Part shown: piece after piece, positions 1-12,500 of the stretch
Position numbering within the stretch: position 1 is the stretch's first letter
How the letters are laid out: every line of letters starts with the position of its first letter
From: Paragordius varius
Lineage: Eukaryota; Animalia; Nematomorpha
Direction: 5' to 3'
Assembly: GCA_964247055.1 (NCBI GenBank)
Contig: OZ176054.1
Span: forward strand, 8,370,001 to 8,434,000
Length of the DNA: 64,000 nucleotides
The notes under the pieces: generated by a model
Databases searched by the model: none
The model's input: the letters and a program-made list of their open reading frames with translations, nothing else
What the model was told of the DNA's origin: nothing
Translations under genes and position numbers: made by a program

Positions 1-631
1 AGCTATTATTGTTAATATTTTCTTCCTTGTCGCACATTGTTACTGAACTCACAGTGTTCCATAGATACGTAGGTGCATACCATAAAATTGAATATAATAA
101 TGTAAATACTAACGCTATTCGAACATTTCTCAACGTTACCAAACGGTGATATTTTACGGCAAACCGAATGGCAATGTACACATTCAGGAAATACAAAAAA
201 TAAATGAGAAAAGTCCAAGTAAGCAGGGATTTAAAAATCGGGTAATGAATATATGCTATGTAAAATGTCCAATGTCGACCAAACCATAAGTTGGAATGCC
301 TTAAATCAATAAGGTTAACCGATTCCAACAAAGGTGACATTATCAAAGATAGGATGTTAACAACGTTTATCATGTAAAACCAGAACATTAGGTAAAGATG
401 GATATTAATACGCTTGTTTGAGTATGATGTGCTTGAATTAGCATTTAAAATATAATTGATTATGTTACGTTTCAAACCATTAGAATTATGAGCGGATAGC
501 CATATGAAATAAATACCCAATAAATTACCGATTAAACCTAAAATTATTATTGGGCTAGTTAATCCAATGACCCATATGTTTAATTTCTTGTTCTCGGATA
601 TTTCTTCGATAGAATAACATTTATCATTCAT
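1..631 (-). CDS. Divergent class A (FMRFamide/sex-peptide-receptor-like) GPCR, paralog A; 3'-partial, open to window edge
   Basis: Manual translation from ATG at 631: MNDKCYSIEE...LGLIGNLLG (TM1)...MFWFYMINVVN (TM2)...HYPIFKS...FLNVYIAIRFA (TM3)...SILWYAPTYLWN (TM4)...TMCDKE. There is no stop before base 1. Clearly homologous to the ORFs at 923, 6149 and 13324. Not listed in the ORF track, which shows only an out-of-frame 68-aa ORF here. Confidence 0.85.
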   Translation of the reverse strand, partial: MNDKCYSIEEISENKKLNIWVIGLTSPIIILGLIGNLLGIYFIWLSAHNSNGLKRNIINYILNANSSTSYSNKRINIHLYLMFWFYMINVVNILSLIMSPLLESVNLIDLRHSNLWFGRHWTFYIAYIHYPIFKSLLTWTFLIYFLYFLNVYIAIRFAVKYHRLVTLRNVRIALVFTLLYSILWYAPTYLWNTVSSVTMCDKEENINNNS

Positions 632-922
632 TAGAATATTTTAACTAACTCATCACTCTTCTAATGCTTCATTTTTCTAATTATAAGCTATATAGATAAT
701 CCTATGTCATGCAGCCTATAATTAAAAACAAACGGAATTCCATATCTCCTACACGCAAGGTTGGGTGAAAATCCTTTATCTTACAATAATAAAAAAATCA
801 ACTATATTTATAATTAGCTATCCCACATATACAATTAATATGTCTATATTTATCATCCATAAACATATAAAGGTATAATAATGATTTTTTTTAATTTGTG
901 TCTAAAATAAAATTAATTAAAA

Positions 923-2374
923 TCAATAAATAGGGTTATGAGGATGCATCAATATTTGACGTATTTCCTGTCGATAATAGGAGTTGAATATAAAGTTTAT
1001 GTAAAAGGTAGAACTTATATACACAAATTCCATAATGTTAAATATACAATAAATGAACAGTAAATTCTTGAGATCATGATATGGCACCAAAAAATCCATA
1101 ATCATTTGTATAACTGACACTGGCATCATGAGAACCACAAATTCGATTGTTAAAATAACCAAGGTTATTTGTTGACTCCGTGTAATTTTTGTAATTTTTT
1201 TGACACGTCGAAACGACGATGGTTGTAATAAATGCTTTGTTGGTTCATTGCGGTTTGGACTGATTTGTAGGATATTTTTACTATTTCTTCCACCGCCTTC
1301 TTCAATAACTTTTTCACTCATGATACCTGACGTACTCATTCCACTTTCTAGATTTGGAGTGGTGTTGGTACCGATCGGAGGAGTATGATTGGGGTTATTA
1401 GGGAATATTTTAGTGCTTAATTTACTTCTCATAATTATGGTTAATGTTTTGGATATCATAATAATAGTGAAGGGTAATATCTTTGTAAATAATTCACGTA
1501 ATATTTGATAAGCTATCCAAAGTCGTTTGGTAACATCTTTACCAGGCGAGAATATAAAATATCTGTAGTACGTAGGGGCATTTTCCTCCCTTGAAATTAG
1601 AAGAGACTTTGCTGTATTTTGTTTGGATGGGGTTATCATACACTGTTTAAAACTCACCATGTATCTCCATTTGATGGTTGGCATGTACCAAACAAATGAA
1701 TATAACAAAGTTATAAACATAGCTAAGCGTACATGAGGCAAAGTTAACCATTTCTTATATTTGAATGGGTATTTAACAGCAATCAATTGACTTGTAAAGT
1801 ATAGCACGTAGACGAGAAAGCCCCAAATCACGAATGGTTTAAAGATGGGATTATATACATGGGTATTGAAAAAGACCCAATTACGACTATACCATAGATT
1901 AACATGCCTTAAATCTTGGCCCCCAAAATATTCCATGAGTGGACTCAAAATGAGCGAACATGTATTAAATAAATTTATCAGGTAAAACCATTTCAAAAAG
2001 TAATAATTAAAGTTTGTTTTCGTGGTGTATGTAGTATTACGTTTCTCACTAAAACATGGACATATGTATGAGATCATCCATCTATTAGAAGATAAACTAC
2101 TATTTCGTTTGTAATGACTAGTGGTGGATTGTTGGTTTGGCATTGTATTTTCTGTCGTAGTTGTTAGGGCGGGGATATTGCTTCTAGTATTTTGTTTCGA
2201 TTTATCCCTCCTTTCCGATAAAATTATAGTGAAAGCTCCTAATGTATTTCCGGTCAAACCCAAAATCAGGACAATGATTCCAGCAACCCCGTAAATGTGA
2301 GCAAATTCTTGATTCTCATGAGCTATGTCTGACACATTTTGACACGCTAGCAATGTTAAATTGGAATGATTCAT
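923..2374 (-). CDS. Divergent class A GPCR, paralog B (single exon, 7 TM)
   Basis: ORF 923..2383 begins at TTG; first ATG is at 2374 (MNHSNLT). Hydrophobic segments: LGLTGN (TM1), WFYLINLFN, SQLIAVKYP, SFVWYMPT, KILPF, EFVVLMMPVS, TFYINFIFNSYYR (TM7/helix 8). Confidence 0.85.
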   Translation of the reverse strand: MNHSNLTLLACQNVSDIAHENQEFAHIYGVAGIIVLILGLTGNTLGAFTIILSERRDKSKQNTRSNIPALTTTTENTMPNQQSTTSHYKRNSSLSSNRWMISYICPCFSEKRNTTYTTKTNFNYYFLKWFYLINLFNTCSLILSPLMEYFGGQDLRHVNLWYSRNWVFFNTHVYNPIFKPFVIWGFLVYVLYFTSQLIAVKYPFKYKKWLTLPHVRLAMFITLLYSFVWYMPTIKWRYMVSFKQCMITPSKQNTAKSLLISREENAPTYYRYFIFSPGKDVTKRLWIAYQILRELFTKILPFTIIMISKTLTIIMRSKLSTKIFPNNPNHTPPIGTNTTPNLESGMSTSGIMSEKVIEEGGGRNSKNILQISPNRNEPTKHLLQPSSFRRVKKITKITRSQQITLVILTIEFVVLMMPVSVIQMIMDFLVPYHDLKNLLFIYCIFNIMEFVYISSTFYINFIFNSYYRQEIRQILMHPHNPIY

Positions 2375-3859
2375 AAAATTCAACTTTTTATCTTATTTTT
2401 CATATGCAACATAATTAAAAACCGTGGGCCAATTAAAAGAAATGACAAGTTAAACGTTTCTTAAAACATATTAATACATATGTATATATATTATAAACCT
2501 ATTGCTTGGCTTTTTTTGCTATTATACTACGTCTTTAAGATAAATTGATTATTTTGCAAATATATTTATTATATCTCGTATATTTTTTTCATAAATAGAT
2601 TAATCAATTTTAATTAGTAGTTACTTAGCTTAGCAAATAAATAAACAGACACTTTTTAGCACCAATTTGTAAAAATACAATAAAATGTATAGAAAGGAGG
2701 ATAAACAATGTATATTCATTAGGACCTAAAAATATTATTTTTGTTAATTAACAATATGGTTGGTTATGATTTAAATTATAACTATTTCCATTAGTTTTCT
2801 AATGGTAATGGATAAAAGATTTCAAAATTATTTATTTATTATTACTATTATTATTATTTGAAAAACTTTATTTATATTTGATTTATTCAACTCGCAATAT
2901 TTACATTTTTATTACTAAATAACTGTTTTCTTTTCTTACAGCTTTAAAAAATATATTTCATTAAGGTTTTTAGTTGAATTAGATCAAACATATCAGCGAA
3001 TATTTTACCAGGGTCTATCCTAGAAACGATAATATAATGTTAAAAACATATATTTTAGGAGATAAGTTAAAATTAATTGGTGTTAGTTCGATTCTAAATT
3101 TTCACTTGTATAAAAATTAAAACCTTTTTCTTTTAAAAAAAAGTTTAAAATCCATTGAATGCATATTTTTGAAAATGAGATTTAAAAGAAAATAGCGGCG
3201 TTACTTTTTAAGATATCCAAGGGATTTTACATATGTCTATGTTGGGATTTCACATTTGCTTAAAAACTTATTTCATAAGGTCTGAATTATTACTAATGTT
3301 TTTCGCCCCTTTAGCTGCTGTTTAAAAAATATTTTACAGAGAGAATATGAGTTGTTAAATTTAAAACATTTTATGTTTAAATTACTACATGATATAATTT
3401 GCCCTAGAATTCAAAAATATTCTAACATAATTTCAACTTGTATCGGAAATTTTCAATGCAAAAAGGAATCTTTGCATCATTTGGGTTTTTCACTTTTCAA
3501 TTTGACATCTTTTATATATTTTTATATTTTAAATTATAAATGGAAAAAAACAATACTGTAAAAATATTGATTTAAAAATGAAAAGGGGTCAATTTATAAC
3601 TATCTTGAATGAAACTAATTTCATTTTTTTAGAAGCAATTAAAAAGGTCATAATTTGTGTCTATTAGATTTATGCTGTAATTATATCGGAAATGTATTCA
3701 TATCAACACATCTGGGCACCTAATATTTTATTGTATAACGAGCTGTACTATGTCACGCTTCATTGTAACTTAATCCATCATATCATTAGAAATTGAGAAT
3801 ATACTTTTTTCGGCATAAACAGAAAAAATTTGGTCACAAGCAGCACGATTTTTATGTTT

Positions 3860-4715
3860 GGAGGCGTGTTTATCAGGCGGCTCTAACCATACGCTATTTA
3901 TTATAACTTTGAAAACTTTTGCTTTTATTATTATTTAATCCCAATTTCAGAGTTTTCCGTAAAGTGCTTGCAAGCCACTTTATTTGTATATAGCGGCATA
4001 TTCAACATAGGGAGCTGCCCCAACCTTTCCCTAATGAAAAAGCGCTTATTATTTATTCCTTTTATGGAGTTGCATGCAACCATTATTCTGTTGCAAAAAT
4101 TGCTTCAAAACCACGTTATTTTTGTTTTTATAATGGGTTTTAGACAGGGCGGAGGCCTATCTAACGGCTAATTTTATAAAACAAAGATTTTGCTCATTTT
4201 TACATGGTTTCGTGTCATAGAATTGAGCCTTAACCATCAGCTTATTTATAAAAAGCGCTTCACTAAATTTTTGCCTTTATGTGAGACACAGCTAAAACCC
4301 TTTTTCAATCTTTGTGGCATCATAAATTTTTCAAAGATTTCCTTCAAAGCACGTTATATTTATATTGGGGCCATTTTCTATAGGTGGTAGCCTTACCCGG
4401 AGGCTAATTTATAAAGAGCACTGAGCTAAATTGTTGCCCTTATACGGTGAAATCTAAGACTACTTCTGATTAAATAATGCCATTACTTAGCCAAAATCTG
4501 CTTCAAATATTTATTTTTGTAGACTTATTTTGAAAAAAATTGTCATTATACGGGGGAGAGGTTAAATATAGGGAGTAAAATATTAAAGTGAGCCGAGTTT
4601 GTTCGACGCATTGGTAAAAAAAATGAGAAAAATTATTATTTAATTCGAATGGGTCTACACGTTTTCCGAAAAATTGTCTCAAAGCCTACATTCCACATTT
4701 TTATAAATATATAGA
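3860..4715 (-). mobile_element. Degenerate non-autonomous Helitron (5' end intact, internal repeat units decayed, 3' end not found)
   Basis: Minus strand reads A|TCTATATATTTATAAAAATG at 4715, the same 5' terminus as the copies at 12251, 11221 and 15362. 4540-4715 resembles the family core, and 3860-4480 resembles the ~160/325-bp internal repeat. Left boundary approximate. Confidence 0.55.
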
Positions 4716-5498
4716 TTGTGAAATCGCCATAGTAAATGTCTTACATTTTTGCTACAATTAGGGTACTTAGTTAATTTTGTCACAAATCGAAATTTTAAAA
4801 TCCATATTCAAAAGCAACATCTATATCGAAACAGTCGGTTACGCTTTATTATGCAGAGCGGGGTCTTAATATTTCAAAATCCTTCTTAGAAAATTTCTAT
4901 TAAATTAGTGTTTTTATGTAACAAGATTTTTGTTTATCATATTTTAAATATTTAGTATCTCTTGAATATGCTTTAATAATGTAAACGATGTAGAGATCAT
5001 CGTAAAATAAAGTAAAAATAATAATTTATTGGTTCTCAAATTGTCGCAGACATTGATTTTATATTGCAAACATTTATCGTTACCCACTCAATTGATACTT
5101 TAATAATGTTTTACATACAATTATTGTGCATTTACGGATGTTTGACACATTCGATTATAATTTGCATCTTTATTCTTACAACAATAAAATGTTTACTAGT
5201 TGTCTTTGGAGTAAAATAAATGAAGAATATGCTGAAAACAATTTGCTTATAAGCCATCCTTTGTGTATATATATTAATTTTATGGATTTTAGTATTTATC
5301 AGTAAAAATATAATGAAAAGATTTAATACTTGATGTTAAGACATGCAATCTTTTACCTTTTCTTAATGCATTTCTTTTTTCAGAAAACCTAAAAACACTC
5401 ATGGTATTGTTTAACTTTAAAAAATTTTTTTTTATAAACATTGGGACTTAAAACATACAAAATAACATATTAATAATTTTAAAATTTGTCATTTAAAT

Positions 5499-5774
5499 AA
5501 GGGGTGGCCACAACGCGGCTCTTTAAAATATTTCTGTAACCCGCGAGAAATCTTAAATGCAAAATTTTACGAGTTCTAAGTAAAATTAATTTTTTAACAT
5601 ATTTTATGAATAAACGAATTTCGGAACTATCAAAAAATGTTAAAATTAATAATAGTTTTCTTATGGTTAAAAATTAATAAAATATTTGTTAATGCCCATG
5701 TATTTTTATGCAACCCACCGTTTTTTTTTATCTAAAAATACGGTCCACGAAGCCATTTGTATTGGATACCCTTG
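5499..5774. mobile_element. Possible decayed hAT-type MITE
   Basis: Ends AAGGGGTGGCCACAAC / TTGGATACCCTTG resemble the CAGGGGT..CCAAC TIRs of other MITEs in the window. No TSD match. Confidence 0.3.
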
Positions 5775-6148
5775 GCAGAACTCGACATTAAAACTAAATA
5801 TCGCAATCTAGGTGAAGTTTTATTTACAACATTGCAAAAAATCAACCTCGACTGTAGCAATAAACACACACACATTATGTATCCATATATAAAGTGAAAA
5901 CAATTTTAATGAAGTGCTAAAAGGAAAATCACTATACATTGACAAAAGTTTTCCGATTGTTAAATAGGTATTGGTAATATAGATATCTCGTTGTTTGCGT
6001 TGATTTTCGATATAAGCTGCGTACTGTTAAAATCAAGTGCGCATAACCATAAAAACGTCACAAATTATATAGATTTCCCTTGTGAAATTTGATATTTTAA
6101 TATATAAATATAGATATATGGTATATTAACCTAATTTTTTTGGACATA

Positions 6149-7393
6149 CTATTTTTTCCACAGTAATTTAATGTCTCGACGATAATAGCTATTAAAAATG
6201 AAATTAAAATAAAAAGTACAGCTAATGTAAATAAACTCCATAATGTTCATAATGGTATAGAGTTTAAGGAGTACACTATCCGGATAGTGTAAAATTAACA
6301 AATCCATAAATGATTGAATCAAGGAGACAGGGATAATAAGAATGACAAATTCTGTGCTTAGAATTAGTAATGTTCTTTTTTGACATTTAGTTATTTTGGG
6401 CTTTGCGCGTCTAACATGTTTTCTCCCAACAACATTAATGGTAGATGATGTTTTGGAAGAATAATGAGCTTTCGATTTGAAATTTGCTGAAACTGTAATG
6501 CTTGGTACGTCGGTGCGTATTGTGTTATTAACTCGCTGTGATATCTTATTTTTATAGGCGTAAGTTCTCATCCTTAGAACTATGGTAATAAGGAATGGCA
6601 AGATTTTAGTACAAAATTCTCTCGATATTTGATAAACCAACCATAGTGTTTTATGTTTTGGACGATGGATACCTAGCACGTAAAGCTGTTGAAACTTTTT
6701 CTCGTCACAATTTTCATACTGTATTATCTGATTCCATAGATACGTAGGTACATACCAAATAATTGAATATAAAAGCGAAATGGCCAAAGCTAATCTACTT
6801 TTGTTGAGAGTAACCCAAGTCTTATATTTGAAGGCATGGCGGACTGCAATGTACTGATTCAAAAAATAAATGACATAAATTAAAAAGCTCCAAGTTACGA
6901 ATGGCTTGAAAATGGGATTATGCGCGTGTGCCAAATATATTGCCCAGCGCTTTCCATAAGCAAATTTAATTTTTGTTGGATATATTAATCCGACACATTC
7001 GATCAAGGGTGAAATTATCAGTGTGGCCACATTGAGCAAATTTATTAGGTAGAACCATTGTAGAAAATAATGATTGTAATTTATTTTATGGTTTTTATGC
7101 GCGGAAAAGACAAAAAGCGCCAAAATATACTTTTTGAAATATTGTAAAAAATTGTTAGTTGAGAAATGTTTAGCATTATTTGATAAAACATTTTGTGATA
7201 TATCCGTGAATTTAATAATATATATTGCTGTAAAATTTCCAAATAGGCCTAATGGAATAAGTATGCTACAAACAATGATAACTAATGTGCAGACATATTT
7301 GCTTTCTGAAACTAATGTAGAAAGATCAGAACAATTGGGTGATTGTATGGTAATATCCATATAAAAATATCGAAAAATTAAGAATATTGTCAT
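6149..7393 (-). CDS. Divergent class A GPCR, paralog C (single exon, 7 TM)
   Basis: 414-aa ORF; an alternative ATG at 7360 gives MDITIQ. Motifs LGLFGN, WFYLINLLN, HNPIFKPF, NQYIAVRHA, SIIWYVPTYLWN, KILPF, EFVILIIPVS, TFYFNFIFNSYYR. Confidence 0.85.
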   Translation of the reverse strand: MTIFLIFRYFYMDITIQSPNCSDLSTLVSESKYVCTLVIIVCSILIPLGLFGNFTAIYIIKFTDISQNVLSNNAKHFSTNNFLQYFKKYILALFVFSAHKNHKINYNHYFLQWFYLINLLNVATLIISPLIECVGLIYPTKIKFAYGKRWAIYLAHAHNPIFKPFVTWSFLIYVIYFLNQYIAVRHAFKYKTWVTLNKSRLALAISLLYSIIWYVPTYLWNQIIQYENCDEKKFQQLYVLGIHRPKHKTLWLVYQISREFCTKILPFLITIVLRMRTYAYKNKISQRVNNTIRTDVPSITVSANFKSKAHYSSKTSSTINVVGRKHVRRAKPKITKCQKRTLLILSTEFVILIIPVSLIQSFMDLLILHYPDSVLLKLYTIMNIMEFIYISCTFYFNFIFNSYYRRDIKLLWKK

Positions 7394-8169
7394 ACATTAC
7401 TATATATTAAATAATGTATCAAATTTCATGTTTTTAAACCTTATACTATATTACAAATTGCTAAGATATTGCATCAACTTAAATGTTTGGCAGGATTTCA
7501 ATTTATTTATTTATATATTTTGGATATATAATAACCTCTACTAATACTAAAAAAGCAAAATTTTCAAAATATAAATCGAGGAGTCTAGAGAGGAATTTAT
7601 TTGTTTGAATGTATTTAAATACTATTGCTATCAACATTTTGGTATATATTGTATAAAATTTTGACGTATATTGCATATTTGGGATTGGACGTGGAATCTT
7701 ATAAGGGTTAGGCTAGTTTTATTTAAATAACGGCCTTTCTTAAGCGTATCGATCACCCTTCCTAACAATGAAAGTTTTTCCAACAAAGTTCTCATGATGT
7801 GGCAGTATAAAGGCTTGAGGCGGACGAAGTAAATATTACTGGTTTTTTTGGCATCTGCGTTCGCACAATATATAGTAACTGTTTTTGTCAGTTATTGCAC
7901 ACTTTAGTAATTGATGTGTAAATTATATTTGTCTCCTTGCGCTTAATTTTTGCTTCTTTCTGATATTGGAAAGCTCCTTAATAATACCTCATTTTTTGTT
8001 GCATGGTTTGCCGGACAGTATATTCTTATTGGTTCTTGTTCGTATAGATCCATATATTTATGCATGACAATTTAAGGCGTTTGCTTAACTTTTTATCAAC
8101 ATTATCCAGCTTTCTGCGAGGTGTTTAGTTAACCTTTTAAAATAAAACATAATTTTACTTGAAAACATT

Positions 8170-8930
8170 GGAACAGTGGCGCAGTTTTTGGCGGGTACCT
8201 CCTTACCTAGAGGCAGGTAAAAAAAAGCGTTGGGCAAATTTTTTGCCTTTATATGGGGAATACCTGGAATCATCATTCATTCCATATGTTTTTGATAGTT
8301 TTTGGAAGAATGGCTTCAAAACCAAATAATAGTTCAATGGCGGCGCATTTTTCAGGGCCTAAAACTTTACTTAGCCACTCATTGATATAATCTCCTATAA
8401 TAAAATATTTGTTTTTTAAGGGATAATAAATATTTTAAGCCCTTATTGAACTCACATAGTCTCATAGGTTTCCTGAAATTTGGCTCCAAAGGCATGTGTA
8501 TCGATATGGCGACGCAGTTTTGCGCGAGTAGCCCCCTAACCAGAAGCGAAACAAAAAAAACGCTCAATTAAAATTTTTGCCTTAATTCGGGTAATACCTG
8601 GAATCATAATTGATTCCTAATGCTCTATTGGAATTTTTGAGAAATCGCCTCAAAATTAAAAAAGTCATTCTATAGTGGCGCATTTATCAGGTCAAGGGCT
8701 TACTTAATGGGTTATTATATAAAACCGCTCTACTTAAATTTTTGCCCTAGGGATAATTCAAGCCCTTATCGAACTCATATGGCCTGATAAGTTTTCTAAA
8801 ATGTGCCTTTAAAATCATGCTGTATCGATATAGTGGCGCAGATATAAGCGGGTCGCCTACCCAGAGGCCAATATAAAAAAGACGTCCGATAAAAATATTT
8901 CCCTTTATAGGGAAATACTCAAAAAGTTTG
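8170..8930 (-). repeat. ~2.4 copies of the ~325-bp Helitron-internal tandem unit
   Basis: TACCTGGAATC anchors at 8261 and 8595, plus a degenerate one near 8915. This is the reverse complement of the array at 20295-21830. No termini seen. Confidence 0.7.
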
Positions 8931-10529
8931 CTCACTAGCGAAAAATGTCATTTTATATTTTGGATTTAAGCAATTTTTCGACATCATTTAGGACCATTTC
9001 ATTTTTTTAAATACTTAACGGCGGGTTTAAATCACTCCATCTTGTGAGAGCCTGAATTCAGGTTTAAAAAAAACAGTATGCTTAAATCCAAAACTTAGGG
9101 CTGTGCCAAGTTCTGATTCGGCTCTAATAATTTATATTAGTTAAGCTTAAATTTGATGTTAATTTTCTTTGTAATTAATAAAAAAAACATGGATAGTTTT
9201 GATTTATAACAAATATGGGCCATGTCACTTATATCTTTATTATAAGATATATCTTTAAATAAATGTTGTAATAATAAAATTGGACACATTTTGGAAAATA
9301 TTTTATACCAGCCAATCAGTATTTTAATAAATCGAACTATTTACCAGATAACACTTTTATGTATATAAAGCAGAAGATTTATTTTTTAATGGTGTTCACA
9401 AAAATTTATTTTAACACTTAAATACAGACATTCATTTTATTCTTTTCATTCAAATTGGTAACCTTCGGGACCTCTGCTCTGTTTAAAATCAAATATTATA
9501 AACATTATGGAGTTTGAAACCAGTGCAAAAGTTTGCACTTATTTAAAATTAATGCAACAAAATTTAAAAAAATATATAATTCAAAAGATTTTGATTTTAC
9601 TAATTTTCTGGCCCTCAAGGCAAAAATTCAGATAATATGGCATCCGTATTTTCTAAATATAAGTATACAAATAAACCGCTTTAGAAAAAAAATCACGATA
9701 TGTTGAAAAAATATTGCAATAAAAATATGCGTCGAAGTAGATACGCATGGAGCTTTTTTCAAAACTAAGTTTTATTGAGATTTTCACTTATTTCATTAGG
9801 ATAGGAGCATAAATTTAAATTGGTATTCTATATTATCAATTAAAATATGGTCTGAGTCAATAGTTAACCCTATTTAAATCAAAGTGTTGATATGAAAAGC
9901 TTATCATGATTTAATACATCACTTAGATAATTTGGCATTGATTTGTGAATAGGAGTTTAATTTAACTAATTTATTTATAGCCAAAATACTATTTTACAGG
10001 ATTCCCCAGAAATCTCCAAATAATATATTTGGTGTATTTAAAAATTTTTGATTGAGTTTGCGTATTATTAGTTATAATTTAATTTTATTTATAATTTTTT
10101 ATTCCAAAAATATTTACCAAAACTAAAACTTTTTTCAATTAGATTCACGGTATGATTTTTTAGTTGATATGGAAAATTCGATGCTATAATTAAAACCTAA
10201 ACCGTTTTTGTTGAAAAATAAAATAACTGTTTGCAGTCCTGGATTCGTCACCAAACCTGTCGAACGACATGTAAACAGTATTCAAGTCTTTACATAGTTT
10301 GCTATATAATTTAAAAAACTAGTAGAATAATATCCATCAAACTAAAGTCTATGTCTCAATTCTCTTACAACTGTGTTTTGTTAGATAATATTTTTGGCCA
10401 GTATTCTACCCATTGATAGTAGATTTACACCAATATAGCTATCCAACACAAATGGCTTTACGGGCCGCATTTTCGCACAAAATACGACTGAAAATTATTT
10501 TGGTAAAAAATTAATTATTAAACATTGTT

Positions 10530-12500
10530 TTTATGGCTTAGATAAAAAAGCTTATATTTTTTAAAGTTTTGTGACTTCTGGAGTCTAAAATCAAAAATAA
10601 AGTTTTTACTGGTAAAGTGTAGCATGAAAGCTTTTTTAAGTTAACTAGCGTAAATCTCGTCTACGCAGCCCGAGGAAGACCTTCGGACTTCTGGGGGGGC
10701 TATTTGAAATAAGGGACAATAAAATGATCCACATATGTGGATTATTTCGAAACATTATTTAATAGATATGATTTAATAGGAATTTTAAAACGGTGCATTC
10801 ATACTAATATATTGTTTAATTGGGGGAAAAATAAATTTAAAAAATTATTTTTGTGGACTTTGTTTTTTGAAAAAAATGGCATTTTACGGGGGGAGCGGAT
10901 AAAAAGAGGGCCCTTTTTAAAAAAGCGAGACGACTATGTTCGGCGCAATAGAAAATAAGTAAACAAAAATCATATTTGAAATTGAATGGTCCAACACGTT
11001 CTCCGGAAAATTGTCTCAAAGACACGATTTTTGTGGACTTAAAAAACCGTTTTTACACGGGGTGGGCCCGAACTGGGGGCTTATTTCAAAAAAAGGGCGA
11101 AGCTATTGTCGGGGCATTCATTAAAGATTATATTTTTTCGATATTTGGATTTGAATGGGTCTACCGGTTTTCCTGTACCAGATCACAAAGCCAGCATTTT
11201 CCATTTTTATAAATATATAGATTACCATAAATAATGTTTTATTATCCATCTATTTTTTAACATCCTATACATATGATAGATACTCCCTACTCAGCAGCTA
11301 TGATCAAAGAAACGCTTGACTAAAATTTTGCCTTTTAACAGGGAATACGAAAATTCTTTATTGAATTTTTACAGTCTTATACCTTGGGCAAAAAAATACT
11401 ATCAAAAAATTATTTTTGTGGACTTTGTTTTTTAAAAAATGGCATTTTACGGGGGTAGCGGGTAAAAGGAAGGCCTAAATCAAAAAAATGAGTCGACTAT
11501 GTTCAGCGCGATCAAAAATAAGTAAACAAAAATCATATTTGAAATTGAATGGTCCAACACGTTCTCCGGAAAATTGTCTCAACCCGTTTTTCACACGGGG
11601 TGGGCCCGAACTGGGGACCTAATTCCAAAAAAAGGCGAAGCTATTGTCGGGGCATTCATTAATCATTATGTTTTTTCGATATTTGGATTTGATTGGGTTC
11701 ACCGGTTTTCCGGAAACAGATCACAAAGTTATATGAGGAAGTTTTTAGCGGGTAGCTCCTTACCCAACAGCTATCATCAAAGAAACTCTTGACTAAAATT
11801 TTTGACTTTTATCAGGGAATACATGGAATCCATATTGAATTTTTACGGTCTCATACCTAGGGCGAAAAATAGACTTAAAAATTATTTTTGTGGACTTTGT
11901 TTTTTGAAAAAAATGGCATTTTACGGGGGGAGCGGATAAAAAGAGGGCCTAAATTAAAAAAGCGAGACGACTATGTTCGGCGCAATCGAAAATAAGTAAA
12001 CAAAAATCATTTTTGAAATCGAATGGTCCAACACGTTCTCCGGAAAAGTGCTCAAAGACACGATTTTTGTGGACTTAAAAAACCGTTTTACACGGGGTGG
12101 GCCCGAAATGGGGCCCTAATTCAAAAAAAAGGCGAAGCTATTGTCGGGGCATTCATTAATGAATATATTTTTTTGATATTTGGATTTGAATGGGTCTATT
12201 TTCCTGTACCAGATCACAAAGCAAGCATTTTTCATTTTATAAATATATAGATTATCATTTTGTTACCAAAATGTACATTATTTGCCTGTTGCATTAGCTA
12301 TTTAAAAAAATTTATAGAAAAAATGGCGGCAAAAAAGTTTGCGATGAGAATTTTACAATTTTACATTTTTTTAAAAAAAAATTTGTATAATGCCCTAAAA
12401 GGATAGCATATTTTAAATTTATCCTATTACTTTAAATACTTCTTTAGATGTTCAAATTTTAAATAGCTCGGGAATATACAACTATTTCAAAAGATAATAG
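10530..12500 (-). mobile_element. TTAA-family MITE split by the Helitron composite insertion
   Basis: Removing 10645-12251 reconstructs AAAATGATAA|TTAACTTAAAAAAGCTTTC on the minus strand. This matches AAAATGTAAATAATTAACTATAAAAAGCTTTC inside the intact copy at 22957-23465. Outer boundaries approximate. Confidence 0.6.
10645..12251 (-). mobile_element. Composite non-autonomous Helitron: one complete 577-bp unit (10645-11221) plus two ~470-bp head-to-tail units
   Basis: 5' A|TCTATATATTT at 12251 and again at 11221. 3' ...CTCGGGCTGCGTAGACGAGATTTACG-CTAG|T at 10645. A ~340-bp core is repeated three times. Inserted between A and T with no TSD. Confidence 0.8.

Noticed and set aside
7690-8070. Locally GC-richer stretch that looks like decayed coding sequence on the minus strand
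   Set aside because: Stops in all frames and no motif I can assign; probably an old TE fragment.
10737-12250. Short repeated ORFs (FYTGWARTGGLFQKKGEAIVGAF...), also at 15349-15607
   Set aside because: These are translations of the non-coding Helitron core; copies differ by frameshifts and have no RepHel motifs.
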